Source: Antechinus flavipes (taxonomy: Eukaryota). Taken from it: 64,000 nt of DNA. The notes under the pieces are model-generated. The model had not been told where the DNA came from, did not search any database, and was given only the letters and a program-made list of their open reading frames with translations. Of the stretch, positions 13,202 through 27,752 are shown piece by piece. Positions within the stretch are counted from its first letter, which is position 1, and each line of letters opens with the position of its first letter. A program made the position numbers and the translations under genes. The stretch spans positions 79,422,001-79,486,000 of the forward strand of contig NC_067400.1 of the NCBI RefSeq assembly GCF_016432865.1. Reading direction: 5' to 3'.

Positions 13202-14775
13202 AGAACTGATTTTTAAAAAATAGAAATGTAGGAGGTTCAGTCCCTTTCCCCTAATTTTGATATTATATATTTTTTTACCCTATCTAGTGAAGACATTTTT
13301 AGATTCTGATATTGTTATTCCATTTGGTAGTTATTTCTCAAATTCTGTGAATCTGAAAAACATGGTATTTATGCCTTGATCCAAGTTCCAGATAAACCCA
13401 GGTTTTGAAGTTGACTCCTTTGAGTTAAGCTTAACCTGGGTGCCTAAATTAAATGCTGTTGTTGATCCCCATCTTGGTAAAAATCTTAGCACAGGCATAA
13501 TGTAGAAAGCTATTAAATGTTCACTGATTGAAGAGTGAGTGCATTTCAGGCATGGGAGATAGCCACCATTTATATTGGGAAGGGGTGGATCTGGCTTGAA
13601 AATAGAATGCCTGAAGGATAAGTAACATGAGGGAACTAAGGCTTGAAAAGTAAGTTTGAATCATATTATGAAAGAATCTAGCTACTTGGCTAGAGGACTT
13701 TTATTTTATTCCATAGGCAATTGATTTTGGGACAAGAAGAAAAGTATTCCCTGGATATTACAGAGACAAGAGAAAATAATTATGAATTCCTATAGAGTTC
13801 TTAAAACATCTTCCCAATAATATTTACCTTTATTATAGAATAATTATAGCCATTATTTTCAGGATGCATAAGTCACAGCCCATAAACTCTTCTAATTCCT
13901 GGGATTATGTTGCATAAGAAAAAGCTCAGAAAGCAATATGCCAAATGGATAGGAAGAGACTATAGGATCACAGGAAAATGAAATCTCATGAGAAATCTGG
14001 CTAATTTGAACAGATTGTAGGTCAGCAGGATCAGAGAATGTCACAGGGCCTTTCGGGGAAAAGCCATTGTTTGTCTGTGCAAGGGGAAGCATCTCCCAAA
14101 GCAAGTTCCCAGAGAGGATCACTGGGAAAGATATTTATTGGACGTTGGAAAAAAAAAGACAGGGAAAGCTGCTGGTGTCAGTGAAGACAGCAAAGCTGAT
14201 TAAATGTGCTGGACACAGAGATTTGAAGCAAATAGGTAGCCGTTCGTTTGAACAATGGTGGCACTATGTTTACCTACTAGGATGCCTCTAATTTAGAGAA
14301 AGGCTTTACAGAGGGTGCCTATTTGTTTAATACTTTTTCTTTACCCTTTTCTCTTTGTACTGCAGAATTCTACAGCTGACATAATAATAAGAATAATAAA
14401 ATGATAGCTATCATTTATATAGTATTTTAAGGTTTACAGCATGGAAAGCATATCATTAAGCCTAAGGTTTCTTGAATAAAGCAGACTTTGTTATCCAGAG
14501 CTGAAGTCTTTTCTAACAGCTCACTAAGCAGGGTTTTTCACCAACATTCTTCCTCTGACAAGGGGACCATCAAGATCCCCCATCAACTGAGAAAGGAGCT
14601 TCAATGGCACAACTTAAACATTTAGCTTGCATCAGCCCTTGCCAAAAGGAGAGATCTAATCAAAGTACAGACAGATTTCACTGGAGATTCAGGTTTTCCA
14701 AGGCAGAGAAAACAAGCCCATTTCACCAGCTTCAAAATAAGAAGCATTAAGTTTCTTTGCTAAGAAAGACTGTAC

Positions 14776-15013
14776 CTCAACATGGCACCAAATCCTTTCT
14801 TCTTAACTTTTTTCTCAGGATCTTCATTCTCTTCTTTTCGTTTTTTCTCCTTAACTTTCAATTTGCCCTTTTCCTTTTTCTTCTCCTTGTCTTTATTTTT
14901 TTTGTTCTTCTTGGCTTTATTTTCTATATTCTCTGGTGCAGCATTCCCCTGAGGGTTAGATTCACAATTCTGAGCTCCCTGTCCAGATCGAGAACTCTTA
15001 TCAGACAGACCGT
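14776..15013 (-). CDS. PARD3B: PARD3B internal coding exon (238 nt, phase 1/2; Lys/Glu-rich region, about exon 18)
   Basis: Translates to (D)GLSDKSSRSGQGAQNCESNPQGNAAPENIENKAKKNKKNKDKEKKKEKGKLKVKEKKRKEENEDPEKKVKKKGFGAML(R). Long polypyrimidine tract plus ctgtgcag acceptor (15014-15015), donor AG|gtacag (14774-14775). In frame with the upstream exon. Confidence 0.97.
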
Positions 15014-16086
<1,073 letters not shown>

Positions 16087-16699
16087 TCAGTGTATCTTTC
16101 TGGGGTGTAAGACTTTCCAATTTTTCTAAGACTGATTTCCAAAATGACAATACCCCAAAAAACTATAAAAAAATATTACTCCAATGGGCTTGCTGTGACC
16201 CTGAAGGTGATTTTGGATTTTGAAAATCTATGCCTGTGGAATGAAACCTCTGGCTTGCTCTACTATTCTGGAAAGGCTTGAAAGACTATGTCTAGATGTT
16301 GCAAGTGAGACATCATCAATAGGTTTGGGAATACAATGCAAAAATATCCTTCAGTCTGGTTTTGTTCTATGCCCCTTCTGCAGCTTCCACATCAGAGTAG
16401 AAGTAAGGAAATGGAGGTCACTGAGAAGAAGTTTTAGATCCTCAGGAAACATTAACTTAGTTATTGGTACTCTAAGCATGATAAACTTGCCTTATGGATT
16501 AGGGGACATACTATTGGAGTAACAGAATTAGAACACTTGACACTTTTGTTATAAAAAGAGCTGAATCAGAAGAAAGTTGAAACTAAATGATAGGATGACC
16601 TACAGGTTCTCCCTGGAGAGATGAATAAAGAGTTGTTTTTAACTTGTGTCCAAGGCAACAAGAAATACCATTTCCTGAGATATTTATTTCCTATTGCAG

Positions 16700-17640
16700 T
16701 ACTTATTACTGGTATTGAAAAAAAACCAACAAAAACAAACTGAAAATAATGGAGCTTATGGACTAACATCTGTTGGAAAGGTTGAAGAGGGATAATTTCT
16801 ACAAAGAACTTCCCAATGAAGACAAAATATGCCTTCATAATCACTTCTTTTATTGTGAAAATGAAAATAGGTATGGATACTGAAGGGGCAGTTGAAAAAT
16901 ATGTCTAAGGCATATTAAATATCTGAAGGCCAGTGGAACTATGCCTTGTAGTCTTATACCTAATCATAAATCCTTCTTTGAAATAGAGAATTAGAAGGTA
17001 CTAGGCATGATGAATACTACAGAACATTGTAAAAAATTAAATTAACTATTTTAACAAATATCAAATGACCCATTAATGATGTGGGAGTTGTTCACAAATC
17101 TGATATGCTATACTTGTTCACTCAGGCCATTGATTAGTTAAAGCCAAAGATCAAAGTTAATCAAAAGCTAGAATAACAAATAATGAGAAGAGAAAGCATG
17201 AAAATTAAAAATTCCATTATGAATCATTCAAAAAAGTTATTGATATAAAAGGGATATGGTCACAAGAACATCAATCAATACTAATTACAATAATTTCAAA
17301 AATAAATTTAACCAATATATATCAACTGCTGTAATAAAGAAACCAAAGAAGGATTTAGCAAACACTTGATTTATAGGCCAAATAAAGAGATAGAGCAGTT
17401 AAAATATTAATTCATTTAAAAAATATTAGGTAGAAGGATCATGAAAATATAAACAATGTCACCCCATAAACCAAAAAAAAAAAAAAAGCAATGAAAGAAG
17501 AATCTAGTACACAGAAATCTTGGCAAGAAACCCAATGAAGCCAAGTTATTCTGTAGCTGAAAGTAACACAATGAAATATGGAAAAGAATTATAAAAATTT
17601 TGTAAGTAACTTGATTATGATCTATGACAGTGTAGTATCA
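16700..17640 (+). mobile_element. Decayed RTE-clade LINE (APE endonuclease C-terminal half plus linker)
   Basis: Stop- and frameshift-interrupted peptides DVGVV...SGH*LVKAK/IKVNQKLE (SDHR-type motif), INTNYNNFKNKFNQ..KKPK, KILGRRIM and KKSWQETQ*SQVI resemble marsupial RTE-type ORF as I recall it. Confidence 0.55.
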
Positions 17641-18449
17641 CAGTTGGATGAAGTGGGCCAAGGTATGGCTTTCACAGGAAACTCAGAATTTTAATTAGTT
17701 TCTTGGAAATTAAACAATGCCTAGACAAGTGGTTGAGTCCCATTATAACTTGGATGGTCAAAAGAAAGTCTCAACATTGATTTGGCCTCCATTTTCTCAT
17801 CTCTAAAATGAGGGAACTGAACATGGTTATCTCAAAAAAATTGCAATCTGACAATTTCATGATATTATGATTCTTTACAATTTCAGAAGTGCCTACAAAG
17901 AGTAAAATTTATACTTTATACCATATACCTCAAGGCAAAAACATGCTATTTTTCAGGTTTTGGTATCCCCATTTTTCTTCTTTAGTAAATGTCAAAAAGA
18001 CAGGAGCATCAATCTAAAGAGCCCTTCATGTGAAATTCCATGAACAGAATACAGGGATGACTGCAAAATCAGAATTAATAGTGCCATTCTTTAATCAGTC
18101 AAGGGAAATACTATATTTCAGATATTGTATAATCCTTAGGCAAGAAAAAAATCAGGGGTAACTGAAATGGAGGAAGATACTTTTAAAGAAGCAAAAACAA
18201 AAATTATATAGAGATTTAGGGTATTGAAGCAAGAGTAAGGACTTTAGATTCTACAGAAAAGAATTCTTATCATTAACCTCTAGAGATGTTTTGTTTTAGG
18301 AGAAAAAATGTAGATTAGAAACAATCATAAGAAACTATTAGTTACTATATCTACAGAAATAATTCTTTTGTCCATTAATTATTATTCAGCAAATTATAAA
18401 ATTGACAAAAGGAGGAATATCACAAGCTAATGAATTCTAAAGAACATAA

Positions 18450-20075
18450 AAATAGATAAGTCATTCAAGATTCAAATCATGACATAAAACAAGGATTTAT
18501 CTATACCTCTGTATGAAAGTATATCTTATAATACCAGAAATATGGACATATGTATTTCATTATATTAGCTATTTATTAATCCTGGCACATGGAAACTCTT
18601 AACAAATATTAGTTGTAACTATATGAATAAAAGTACAAACATGTTTTTTGCAGAAATATAGACCTAAATAAATGAAGAAATATTATGAGTTAATGGCTGT
18701 CAATATACTAAAAATGACAATGCTACTTAAGTTCATTTACTTATTAAGTTCCATAATAATCAAACAATCAAATTATATTTAATTGAGCTAGAAAAAATAA
18801 TAACCAAATTCAACTGAAAGAGCAAAAGGTTAAGAAACTCAAGGGAAATAATGAAAAATGAAGGGAGGAACAGGACCCCAGAAATACCAAATCTCAAACC
18901 ATAAAAGAAAACAGTGATTTTTGAAAAAAAATTGGTGCAGGTTAAAAAAGAAAGGTTGATCAATGGAATAAAATATGGATGCAAATGAACCTAGTCGTTT
19001 AGAGTTTGATAAACCCACAATCCCCTGATAATGGAAGAAAAACACACTATATGGAAAAACTGAAAGAATCTGGAAGAAATTATGTTAGAGCAATATCTCA
19101 TACTATGTTAGAGCAATATTCCAAAATTAGCTCCAAATGGGTACATGACTTAGCTATAAAAGGTTACATCATAAATAAATTACATGAACAAGGAAGAAAC
19201 TGTCTTTGGGATTCATAGAAGTATGTGTGTATATAAGGGTTATGACTAAATAAGGAATAGAGATTACAGAAGATAAAATATACAATTTTGATTACATGAT
19301 TTAATTTAAAAGTTTTTACACACGCACACAAAACAATGCATCTAAAACATGAAGGGGATTATTAAGGGAAGAAATCTTTCCAACAAGTTTATTTGATAAA
19401 GGTCTCATGTTTAAGAGATATAACTAATGGATTTAAAGACAAACCAACAAATAAGAGTCATTCCCCAATACACAAATAGTCTGAAGCAGTTTTTAAAGAA
19501 TAAATCCAAGTTATCAATGACCATGAAAAAGTGCTCCAGATCACTAACAATTAAAGAGTTGCAAATTATAGCAACTATGAATTTCCAACTCATAGCATGA
19601 GAATGGCAAATGGCAAAATAGAAAAATGAAATTTGTTAGAGTAGCTATAACAGAAATACTAATGCAGCATTATTGGAGCTACAAATTAGCATGGACATTT
19701 TGGTAGCAATGCAAATTCTGAATAAAAAGTCACTAAATTGGGAAATGATGAAGAGATGATTTCAGAGAAACCTGGAAAGACACTGTTTAAATGGATGCAG
19801 AATGAAGGAATAGAATCCAGAGAATAATGTATACACCAACAAAAAATTTACACAGAAAAACAATTTTTAAAGACTTAAGAACTCTGACCCACATTATGAC
19901 AAATCAATATACTAGATTATTGATGATAAAGCATATTAACTTACAGAACGGGGATATAATGACTCAAGATACAGATTAAGAGAGATATCTTTGAACTTGA
20001 CCAACATGGAAATGTATTTTGCTTGACTATTTAAATTTCTTACAAGGATTTAGTTTTCCCTTTCATTCAGATGGG
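18450..20075 (+). mobile_element. Old L1 3' portion (ORF2 C-half plus 3'UTR)
   Basis: ELEKIITKF, KISSKWVHDLAIKGYIINKL (ORF 19006-19218) and an old marsupial L1 3'UTR motif, aacatggaaatgtattttgcttgacta. Confidence 0.85.
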
Positions 20076-20099
20076 TCTACCTGTTTTGAGTTTTGCTCC

Positions 20100-20700
20100 A
20101 CTCCAACACATTTTTCATTCAAAGTAATTTTTCTAAACTACGGGTCCAATTACTTTGCCTCCATACTCAATCAATTCCAGTGGCTCCTATCACTTCCAGG
20201 ACCAAATACAAAATCCTCTGTTTAGCTTCTAAAACGCTTCAATAAATTAGTCCCTTTCTAGCTTTCTAGTCTACTTACACCTTATCTTCAGACACATACT
20301 CTTTGTTTTAGTGACCCAGGATTCCTTGCTGTTCCATGAACAAAACACTACAACTCTTAGATTCAAACATTTTCTCACTTGTTTTCCATACCTGGAATCC
20401 TCTTATTCCTCATCTCCACATACTAACTTCCTTGGCTTCCTTTAAATCCCAACAGAAACCCCATCTTCTACAGGAAACCCTTTTCAACTCTGCATAATTC
20501 TAGTGCCTTCCCACTTTTAAATACTTACTATTCTGTAAATAACTTTTCTGTACAGCTTCATTTGCTTATTGTTTCCATTTCCACACTAAATTATGACCTT
20601 GTTGAGGGCAGAGATAGCTTTTGCCTCTTTTTTTGTATTCCAAAAATTTAGCAGAGTGACTTTCACATAGTGTTTAATATATACTTATTCATTAACTTTC
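20100..20700 (+). mobile_element. L2 3' end
   Basis: ctccatactcaatcaattccagtggctcctatcacttccaggaccaaatacaaaatcctctg...ttgagggcagagat...ttaatatatacttattcatt. Confidence 0.9.
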
Positions 20701-21209
20701 AAGAGGAGAGAGTATTTTTAAAAAGAGAAAGAAAAAGAAAATAAAGAAAAGTGTAATACTGAAGCATCTTTTTAAAAATGCATAGAAAAGAACAGAGTCA
20801 GATAAACAAGGCAGCTTTGAAAGCTATAGGTTGATTTATATATAAGAGATCACTTGTTTCATGTGTAATACTTTCCTTTCTGCTTGCTGAATACATGTAA
20901 ATATCTATTTTATTATTTACTAACAACAGAATCAAAATAAATAATTTTTAAAAAACAACACTTATTGATAAAGTAGCTATGTTCAAGACACTAAGAATAA
21001 GTCAAATTCTAAATGTTAACTAGTGAGGTTTATATATACATATGCTAGGATATGGAATTAAAAAAGAAAAACAAAGTTTTTATGCTCAAGAAGATAATAA
21101 TCTAATAAGGAAGTTATGATATGTATACAAATGGGTACTCATTTTAAGTGTAATGTTCTCATAACTGACAGAATAAAGAGCTAACTATTCTATATAATGT
21201 ACAATCCAA

Positions 21210-21560
21210 GTGTGACAATGTTTCTCTTGGTTTTTCTCTTTCTTCTCTGACCCTCTCCTCTCAGTCTCTTTTGTGGAATTTTCATGCATCTCCTGCTTCT
21301 TCATGTGAGTGTCCTTCTAAATTCTATCATGGATCATTTTCCTTTTCTTTCTACATTCTCTCCCTTGGTTCTTTCTTTAGTTACCATTGACATAAGTGTC
21401 TTGTCACAGAAGAAGACTTACTCCCAAAAACGTATTTGTCCTCCAGACTTTCCTATTCATTTTGAAGATAGCACTAACCTTCTAGTCACCCAGGTCCACA
21501 ACCCTCGAGTCTTTTTCAACTCTTTTACTCAGCCCTCATATTCAGTCATTTGCTGTTTCC
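21210..21560 (+). mobile_element. L2 internal fragment
   Basis: ttctagtcacccaggtccacaaccctcgagtc L2 motif. Confidence 0.65.
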
Positions 21561-22194
21561 TAGTCCTCAAGGTAGCTAAGGTTCTTGAAAGCTATAGTAA
21601 GAGTAAGTGAACTAAATTTAAAAAATCATATTGAAAGTGGGCCAATCTCATGATTAAGCCTTTCCACATAGTATCTATTATTTCAAGACACCATTTTTTG
21701 TTATAAAAAGATTTCTGAGATAATATAAATGCAATAGAATTCAAAGATTAAATTAAATTTAATAGAAATTTATGGTTAAATTCCAACAGTCAACTTGGGA
21801 GGAGTAGTCTAAAAAGTGAAAGTATAGAATACAATGGATTATCATACTCAAAAACTCTTCCCTACCTTTATCATTAGGCTCTTGAAATTAGAGCAGGGAT
21901 AACTTTGGACATTATGGGAAGGATGAGCTTCATAGAATAACAATTTAGTCCTCTAAATTAATTTCTAACATAGTCAACACAAATTCCAATTTCTTCCACT
22001 TTCCTACCAAAATAGAAATCTCTGTCAAAATACAATGTTACTAAAATACCAATTAACCAAATTGCACCCTAGAAGCCTCTGCAAAAGCAGACACCCGGCA
22101 AATAAAATGTGTTTTTGCTCCCGACTGTAGATAACATAAAATAGAATCAGCTAATCTCATCTTTAGCTATGATGCAGTAGAAAAATTTTTGTTT

Positions 22195-22360
22195 CTTAAA
22201 TCAGAGACCTAGGTTCAAATCTATGGCCTATCATTTTTATCCATATCATCTTGGACAAATCACTTCATCTCTTTTGGACTTAGGGTGCTCATACATAAAA
22301 TCACGAGGTTGAAGTAGACAGAGGGCATTTAAGGTCCCTTCCAGTTCTGTATTTGTAATT
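22195..22360 (+). mobile_element. MIR SINE
   Basis: agacctaggttcaaat...ttggacaaatcacttcatctc...aaggtcccttccagttct. Confidence 0.7.
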
Positions 22361-23486
22361 CTCTAATTTGAGAAACAATGTTGTACAAACAGGTTCAAAT
22401 CAACTGCAAACCCTCCTAGCTGCTTCAGTTCTCTCTCCTCCCCCAAAGTAGCAATGTTAATTTGTGGATTAAATAATGGTCCTTTGACATTCAAGGTCCC
22501 TTATAGATATTAAATATTAGATGATACTTCTTATTAGTCCTGGTATTGCCTAGCTTTCCAACATGTTATTTCAATTATCAAAGGTATCCACTTAAAGACT
22601 AATAATGTTCATATTTCTGGCATGATCAAAGTGAATAATTTCTATGGCAGTTAGTTGTTACTAACGAAATCATATCTTTCTGTGAAAAGCAAATGAGTGT
22701 GCCTTGTAAGAATGTAAAGCTCTGTTTAAAATCCACGTATAATTCAATTCAATACAGCATTTATTAAATGCCAACTATATGCAAGCACTGGGGATACAAA
22801 GACCGAAATAAGAGACTTTGTAGCAAGCTTACAATCTACTGAATATTTAGAATGTATAACCCAACGTTTGTATTATTTGTCCCTCTCTTCACTGTATAGA
22901 GGGATAAAACATTGCTCAAGCGGCAAACAAGAGAGGAAGTGACAAAATTCAGCTGCCAGAAAAGTCTCATGATCAAAGTTAAGAGACAGATGCTAATGCA
23001 GAATAGCTTCTCAATGCCAAAGTGAGCTATTGGTTACATGCATAGAATTCCATGAGTTAGTTGTTGTAAGAAGAAGCTTGAGATCCCTGAATGGTAGTCA
23101 AGATTTTTTTAAAAACCTAGCTAGGACAGTTTCTGTCTTTGTCCAAGTTCATACTACACCAGAAGAGGCAATATTCCAAGGCCACTGGTTCTTGAATCCC
23201 TTTTCTTATGTCTTGAGTCCTGTGATCTTGCAATCTTTTTCTGGTGGCTGACTCTGCTTAGAACTGTCAACCAAACAGGCAATGGAAATTGTGTTATATT
23301 GGTTGTACATTCCTTTTAACAGGAGGGCACATCTGAAGTAAGGAATTAAACAAAATCAAATCTTGTCATTTGTGGAACTCCTGTTTTCAAGTACATTTCT
23401 ATACTATCTGGGAAATTTCCTAGTCCAGGAGATCAGCAAATATAAAATGGCTTGGTAGCTACTTGGTTTTAATACATATTGTTTTA

Positions 23487-23707
23487 TTGTTGTTGAGTCA
23501 TTTCTGTCATGTCCAACTTATCACGACCCTGTATGGCATTTTCTTGGCAAAGATACTGGAGTAATTTGACATTTTCTTTTCTAGCTCATTTTACAGATGA
23601 GGAAACTGAGGTAAACAGGTTTAATTGCCTTGCTCAGAGCCACATAGTGTCTGAGGCCATATTTGAAATCTTGATTTCAGGGTAGATGTTCCATCCATTG
23701 TACCACT
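23487..23707 (-). mobile_element. MAR1-type CORE-SINE
   Basis: ttcttggcaaagatactggagtaatttg...cattttacagatgaggaaactgagg. RTE/BovB-like 3' end seen in reverse. Confidence 0.85.
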
Positions 23708-23923
23708 TCATTTGATATCATTTATTTGTTTATTGATACTATGCCAAGATTACAAATATGAAGTTATACAAATTTGAGTCTGTAGAGGGTCAATACTGTT
23801 AGTACAAAGTAATGTGAGCAGGCTCAGAAAGCACAGCAAATTCAAGGAAGCACAGGAGGGGCTTGCCTTAAGGTAGGGCTTAAGTGATGATTTCTGATTG
23901 GTTAAATACATATATGCCTAGAT

Positions 23924-24110
23924 CTGGAGTTCTTAAATGTTTTTGTGTGGAACAGACTTTTTGGCATTCTGGTGAAGTCTATGGACTCCTTTTTTGAACA
24001 ATTGTCTTTAATGCATAATCTAGAATTACAAAAAAGTTAATTATACAGAAATGCAGTTATCAAATTAAATAAAATAAATGATGTTTGCAGATCATAGATT
24101 AAGAACAATG
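23924..24110. mobile_element. hAT-Charlie MITE (Charlie4z-like)
   Basis: Decayed TIRs ctggagttcttaa / ttaagaacaatg, 8-bp TSD gcctagat / ccctaaat, internal ctggtgaagtctatggac. Confidence 0.75.
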
Positions 24111-26379
24111 CCCTAAATGGAGAATTAGTGCTGTTCCAAGAGAGACAAGAGCTAAGAGACAAAAAGTAGAGCTCTGCACTTATGCAACATTTCCAACTAA
24201 ATAGAGTAGATGAGTGTTACTGCTGTGCCTGTGAGACTTCCCAATTTTACATCCTTTGGTGATCCTCCTGGGATCTTAACAAGATAGTGATTAGCAATGC
24301 CATTTGGAAGTTAAAAATATAATATGGCCAATATTATAATGTGGTAATAAAGTACTTCCTCTTACCCCTCCTCAAAAAGTTTTTGGATAGAATCTAGAAA
24401 TAGCTCTTTTTTGAGAATAGAAATCAATATTTAACATTATAAAAGAGGTATCTCAAGTGTCTTTCAAACAATTATAAGTTTTTTAGATGTAGACAAAAAC
24501 TTGCCCAAACTGATCAATCCCCCAAACCTTGTCTTTGTCCCTGCTGTACCTGTTCTATCAGGGTAATTCTTAAGCTCAGTAAAGATGCACAGTGGTAGGA
24601 AGAAAGAAAGGATTACTTGTTTTGCAATGATTTCCATTGCTGCTTGGTCCTTCTCACAAATTTACTTTAATTCTCCTACTTGTATAGATATTTGAAAATT
24701 GGATTTAGGCATAAGAAAGGAGGAACAGAGACAATGCTGACCTATAAGCAAGTCTCTATGAAGTCACTTCATTCTTCAATGGCATACCATTTCTATTCTT
24801 CTGCTCCAAGCTTTGATTTTCATTTTTTGTACAATTGTGGAGAAGATGAGTCTTACTATTTATTTTCCAACCTTCATAGTTCTTCAATTGGGCAATCATG
24901 CAAGAATTTCACTATAATATCCAACACAGAGCTGAATATTTCATTCCTCCATCACATCACTATTGTACCATGCCAAAACATGAGGGGAGAGGCTTTACCT
25001 AGCAGAATTAATTTTATTTGGTCCATTCTGGTATTCTTAAATGAAGTTACCCTCTGCCCAAAATGGTGGAAAAAGATTGAAAATGCTGCTTTTTAAATAA
25101 AAAAAAATGAAATGATAGGTATTTGACTATTTTCTTATACTTTCAAAATCAAGGTATATCCATTTATTCAACCACATATAGAGACTATTCTTAGAAAGAT
25201 TAATAGCAGCGTCTTAGTTGCCCTTCCCCTTAGGCTAAAATCATTTAATTAGTCTGAGATTTCATTGGCAATGTTTGAACTTCCCACTCTAGCATTAAAA
25301 TCTCCCAATAAAAGAATGCCTTAATCCAGAAGAGAAGTAATTGGATCTTCCATTATTGATGAAAGTGCTACCAATATATTCTTAACAAAAAAAGAAATGA
25401 TTTTAGGGAAAGTGTTCGTTAAGTCAAAAGCACGGGAAGTATTTCCTACCAGCTTCAGTTTTGTGATTAACATATTTGTCTTATAAATTAATATTAAGAT
25501 ATTAATTTACACGTTTCAATAACATGCAGAGGATTTCAAGAAACTTGATAAAAATAATTATGTTTTAAAACACCCCTCTTATAAGGGAAGAAAAGTGTTA
25601 TTACAGTTTTTCTGCCCAATAGAAAAAACTGAGGGTCCAAAAGATTGCATGATTTTCTGAGGGTCACAGCATGAATTAGTGCAAGGCTGGGAATGAATCA
25701 AAATGGCCAGGTTTCATTTCTAATTCTGCCTTGTCTTATTGTGTGCAATGAACTTGGGCAAACACAATAAAAATGCTTGACTTGTTTCATGGGGAGTTGT
25801 GATGTGAAATTAATAGATAGAGTGCTTTAAGACTCTTTGAATGAAAAATTATTATAAAGGCCAAGCAGGAAGTCATAACAATATTTTCTCTCACCAACAA
25901 CTCTCCCTTTGGTTTTCCATTTTAGATTATACTTACTGAAAATTTTGTATATTTGATTTTTTTTAGTAGACTCCCTAGAGGCAAAAATCTTATGTGCTTT
26001 ATTAGATATTATAGCAAATCCATTAGCTTAGAAAAGAATCCCCATAATATCCAAATGTATAATTTTCCAAATTACATTATCTGTGTTAACTGTGTCTATA
26101 ATAGTCCTAATTACCTCCTTTCCTATCTCAGTATTCCAAATATTGATCATCATCCCTTGCTTATCACAGTGCCCTGTTTCCTATTCATTATTGGAGGGCA
26201 AAATGTAATCTGGTCTGTACATTATCTGCTCTCATTGGAGCCTAAACTCCTTTCATGACAATTGAAAAATCCTCAGTGTCAAGAATTCATATATAACTCC
26301 AGTAGTTTCTTACAACCTCCTGAAAGTCATGCTAATAGCTTAAATACTGATCTTAAAATCATAGACTAATAGAATGTTA

Positions 26380-26520
26380 AAGTTCAAGGACTTCAGCAGT
26401 TACTCCAGTAATTTCAGTTTGTAGATTTGAAAACTGAGACTCAGAGATAGTAATTTCCATGCCCAAGGTCACACAGCAAGTTAATGGAAGAAAAGAGATC
26501 AGAATCCTAGTCTCCAAAAC
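26380..26520 (-). mobile_element. MIR SINE
   Basis: gaaaactgagactcagaga...tgcccaaggtcacacagc. Confidence 0.7.
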
Positions 26521-26684
26521 ACTTCTTGACTTATCTCACTCAATTCTCTTTCTTATTTCAACTCTCCTAGCTTTCTTGTTATTCATATTAGAAGTCTGAT
26601 GTTAGATTTAATTCTTTTATCCAATTTACCTCCTACCCACTTGTAAAGCTACAGATCTATTGTCCAAAATACAAGCTCTTCTAA

Positions 26685-26835
26685 AACTGGTATGAGGAAG
26701 AGCCAAGTTCAAATCTGGCCTTACATATTTGTTAGCTATATGATTGTTGGCAAGTTATTTGCCTCAGTTTCCTCATCTGTAATACCAGAGCACTTATCTG
26801 TCAGCATTGTCATAAGATTAAAATTAAATTATATT
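26685..26835 (+). mobile_element. MIR 5'/core part, interrupted by an L1 and resuming at about 27755-27825
   Basis: aagttcaaatctggcc...gcctcagtttcctcatctgtaa, then ataaagcacttcataaaccttaaagc after the L1. Confidence 0.75.
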
Positions 26836-26847
26836 TATTTTTGTTGT

Positions 26848-27752
26848 TGTTTTAATAAAGCTTTTTGTTTTCAAAACTCATGCAGTTTTCAACATTCACC
26901 ATCACTGCAAAACCTTGTGTTCACAAAAATTTCCCCCTCCATTCCTTTTCCCTCCTTCCCTTGACAGCAAATATTCTAATATATGTTAAATATGTTCCAT
27001 TCTTCTATACACATTTCCACAATTATCATGTTGCACAAGAAAAATCAGATCAAAAAGGAAAAATGAAAAAGAAAACAAAATGCAAGCAAACGATAACAAC
27101 AGAAAGAGTAAAAATACTATTTTGTGATCCAAATTCAGTCCCCATATTTCTCTCTTTGGATGCAGATGTCTCTCTCTATTAAAAGATCATTGGAATTGGC
27201 CTGAATCACCTTGCTATTGAAAAGAGCTACATCCATCAATACTGATCATCGTATAATCTTCTTATTGCTGAGTACGATGTTCTCTTGGTTCACTTAGCAT
27301 CAGTTCATCTAAGTTTCTTCAGACCTCTCTGAAATTATCTTGCTGGTCATTTCTTATAGAACAATAATATTCCATAACATTCATATGCCACAACTTATTC
27401 AGTCATTCTCAAACTGATGGGCATCCATTCAATTTCCAGTTTCTTGCCACTATATAAAGGGCTGCTACAAACATTTTTGCACACATAGGTCTTTATCCTT
27501 TCCCCTTTTTATGATCTTTTGGGATACAGAACCAGTAAGGAACACTATTGGGTCAAAGGGTATGCACAGTTTTATAGCCCTTTAGGCATAGTTCCATGTT
27601 GCTCTCCAGAATGGATGGATAAATCCATAACTCTACCAACAATGTATCAGTGTCCCAGTTTTTCCACATCCTCTCCAACATTCATCATTATCTTTTTATG
27701 TCATCTATCTGAGAAGTGTGTCGTGGTAGTTAAGAGTTGTCTTAAATTGCAA
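26848..27752 (-). mobile_element. 5'-truncated L1 (ORF2 end plus 3'UTR)
   Basis: Same ORF2-end sequence as the 50.6-51.9 kb copy (cttatagaacaataatattccataacattcatat, gggctgctacaaacatttttgcaca) but more decayed. Confidence 0.9.
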
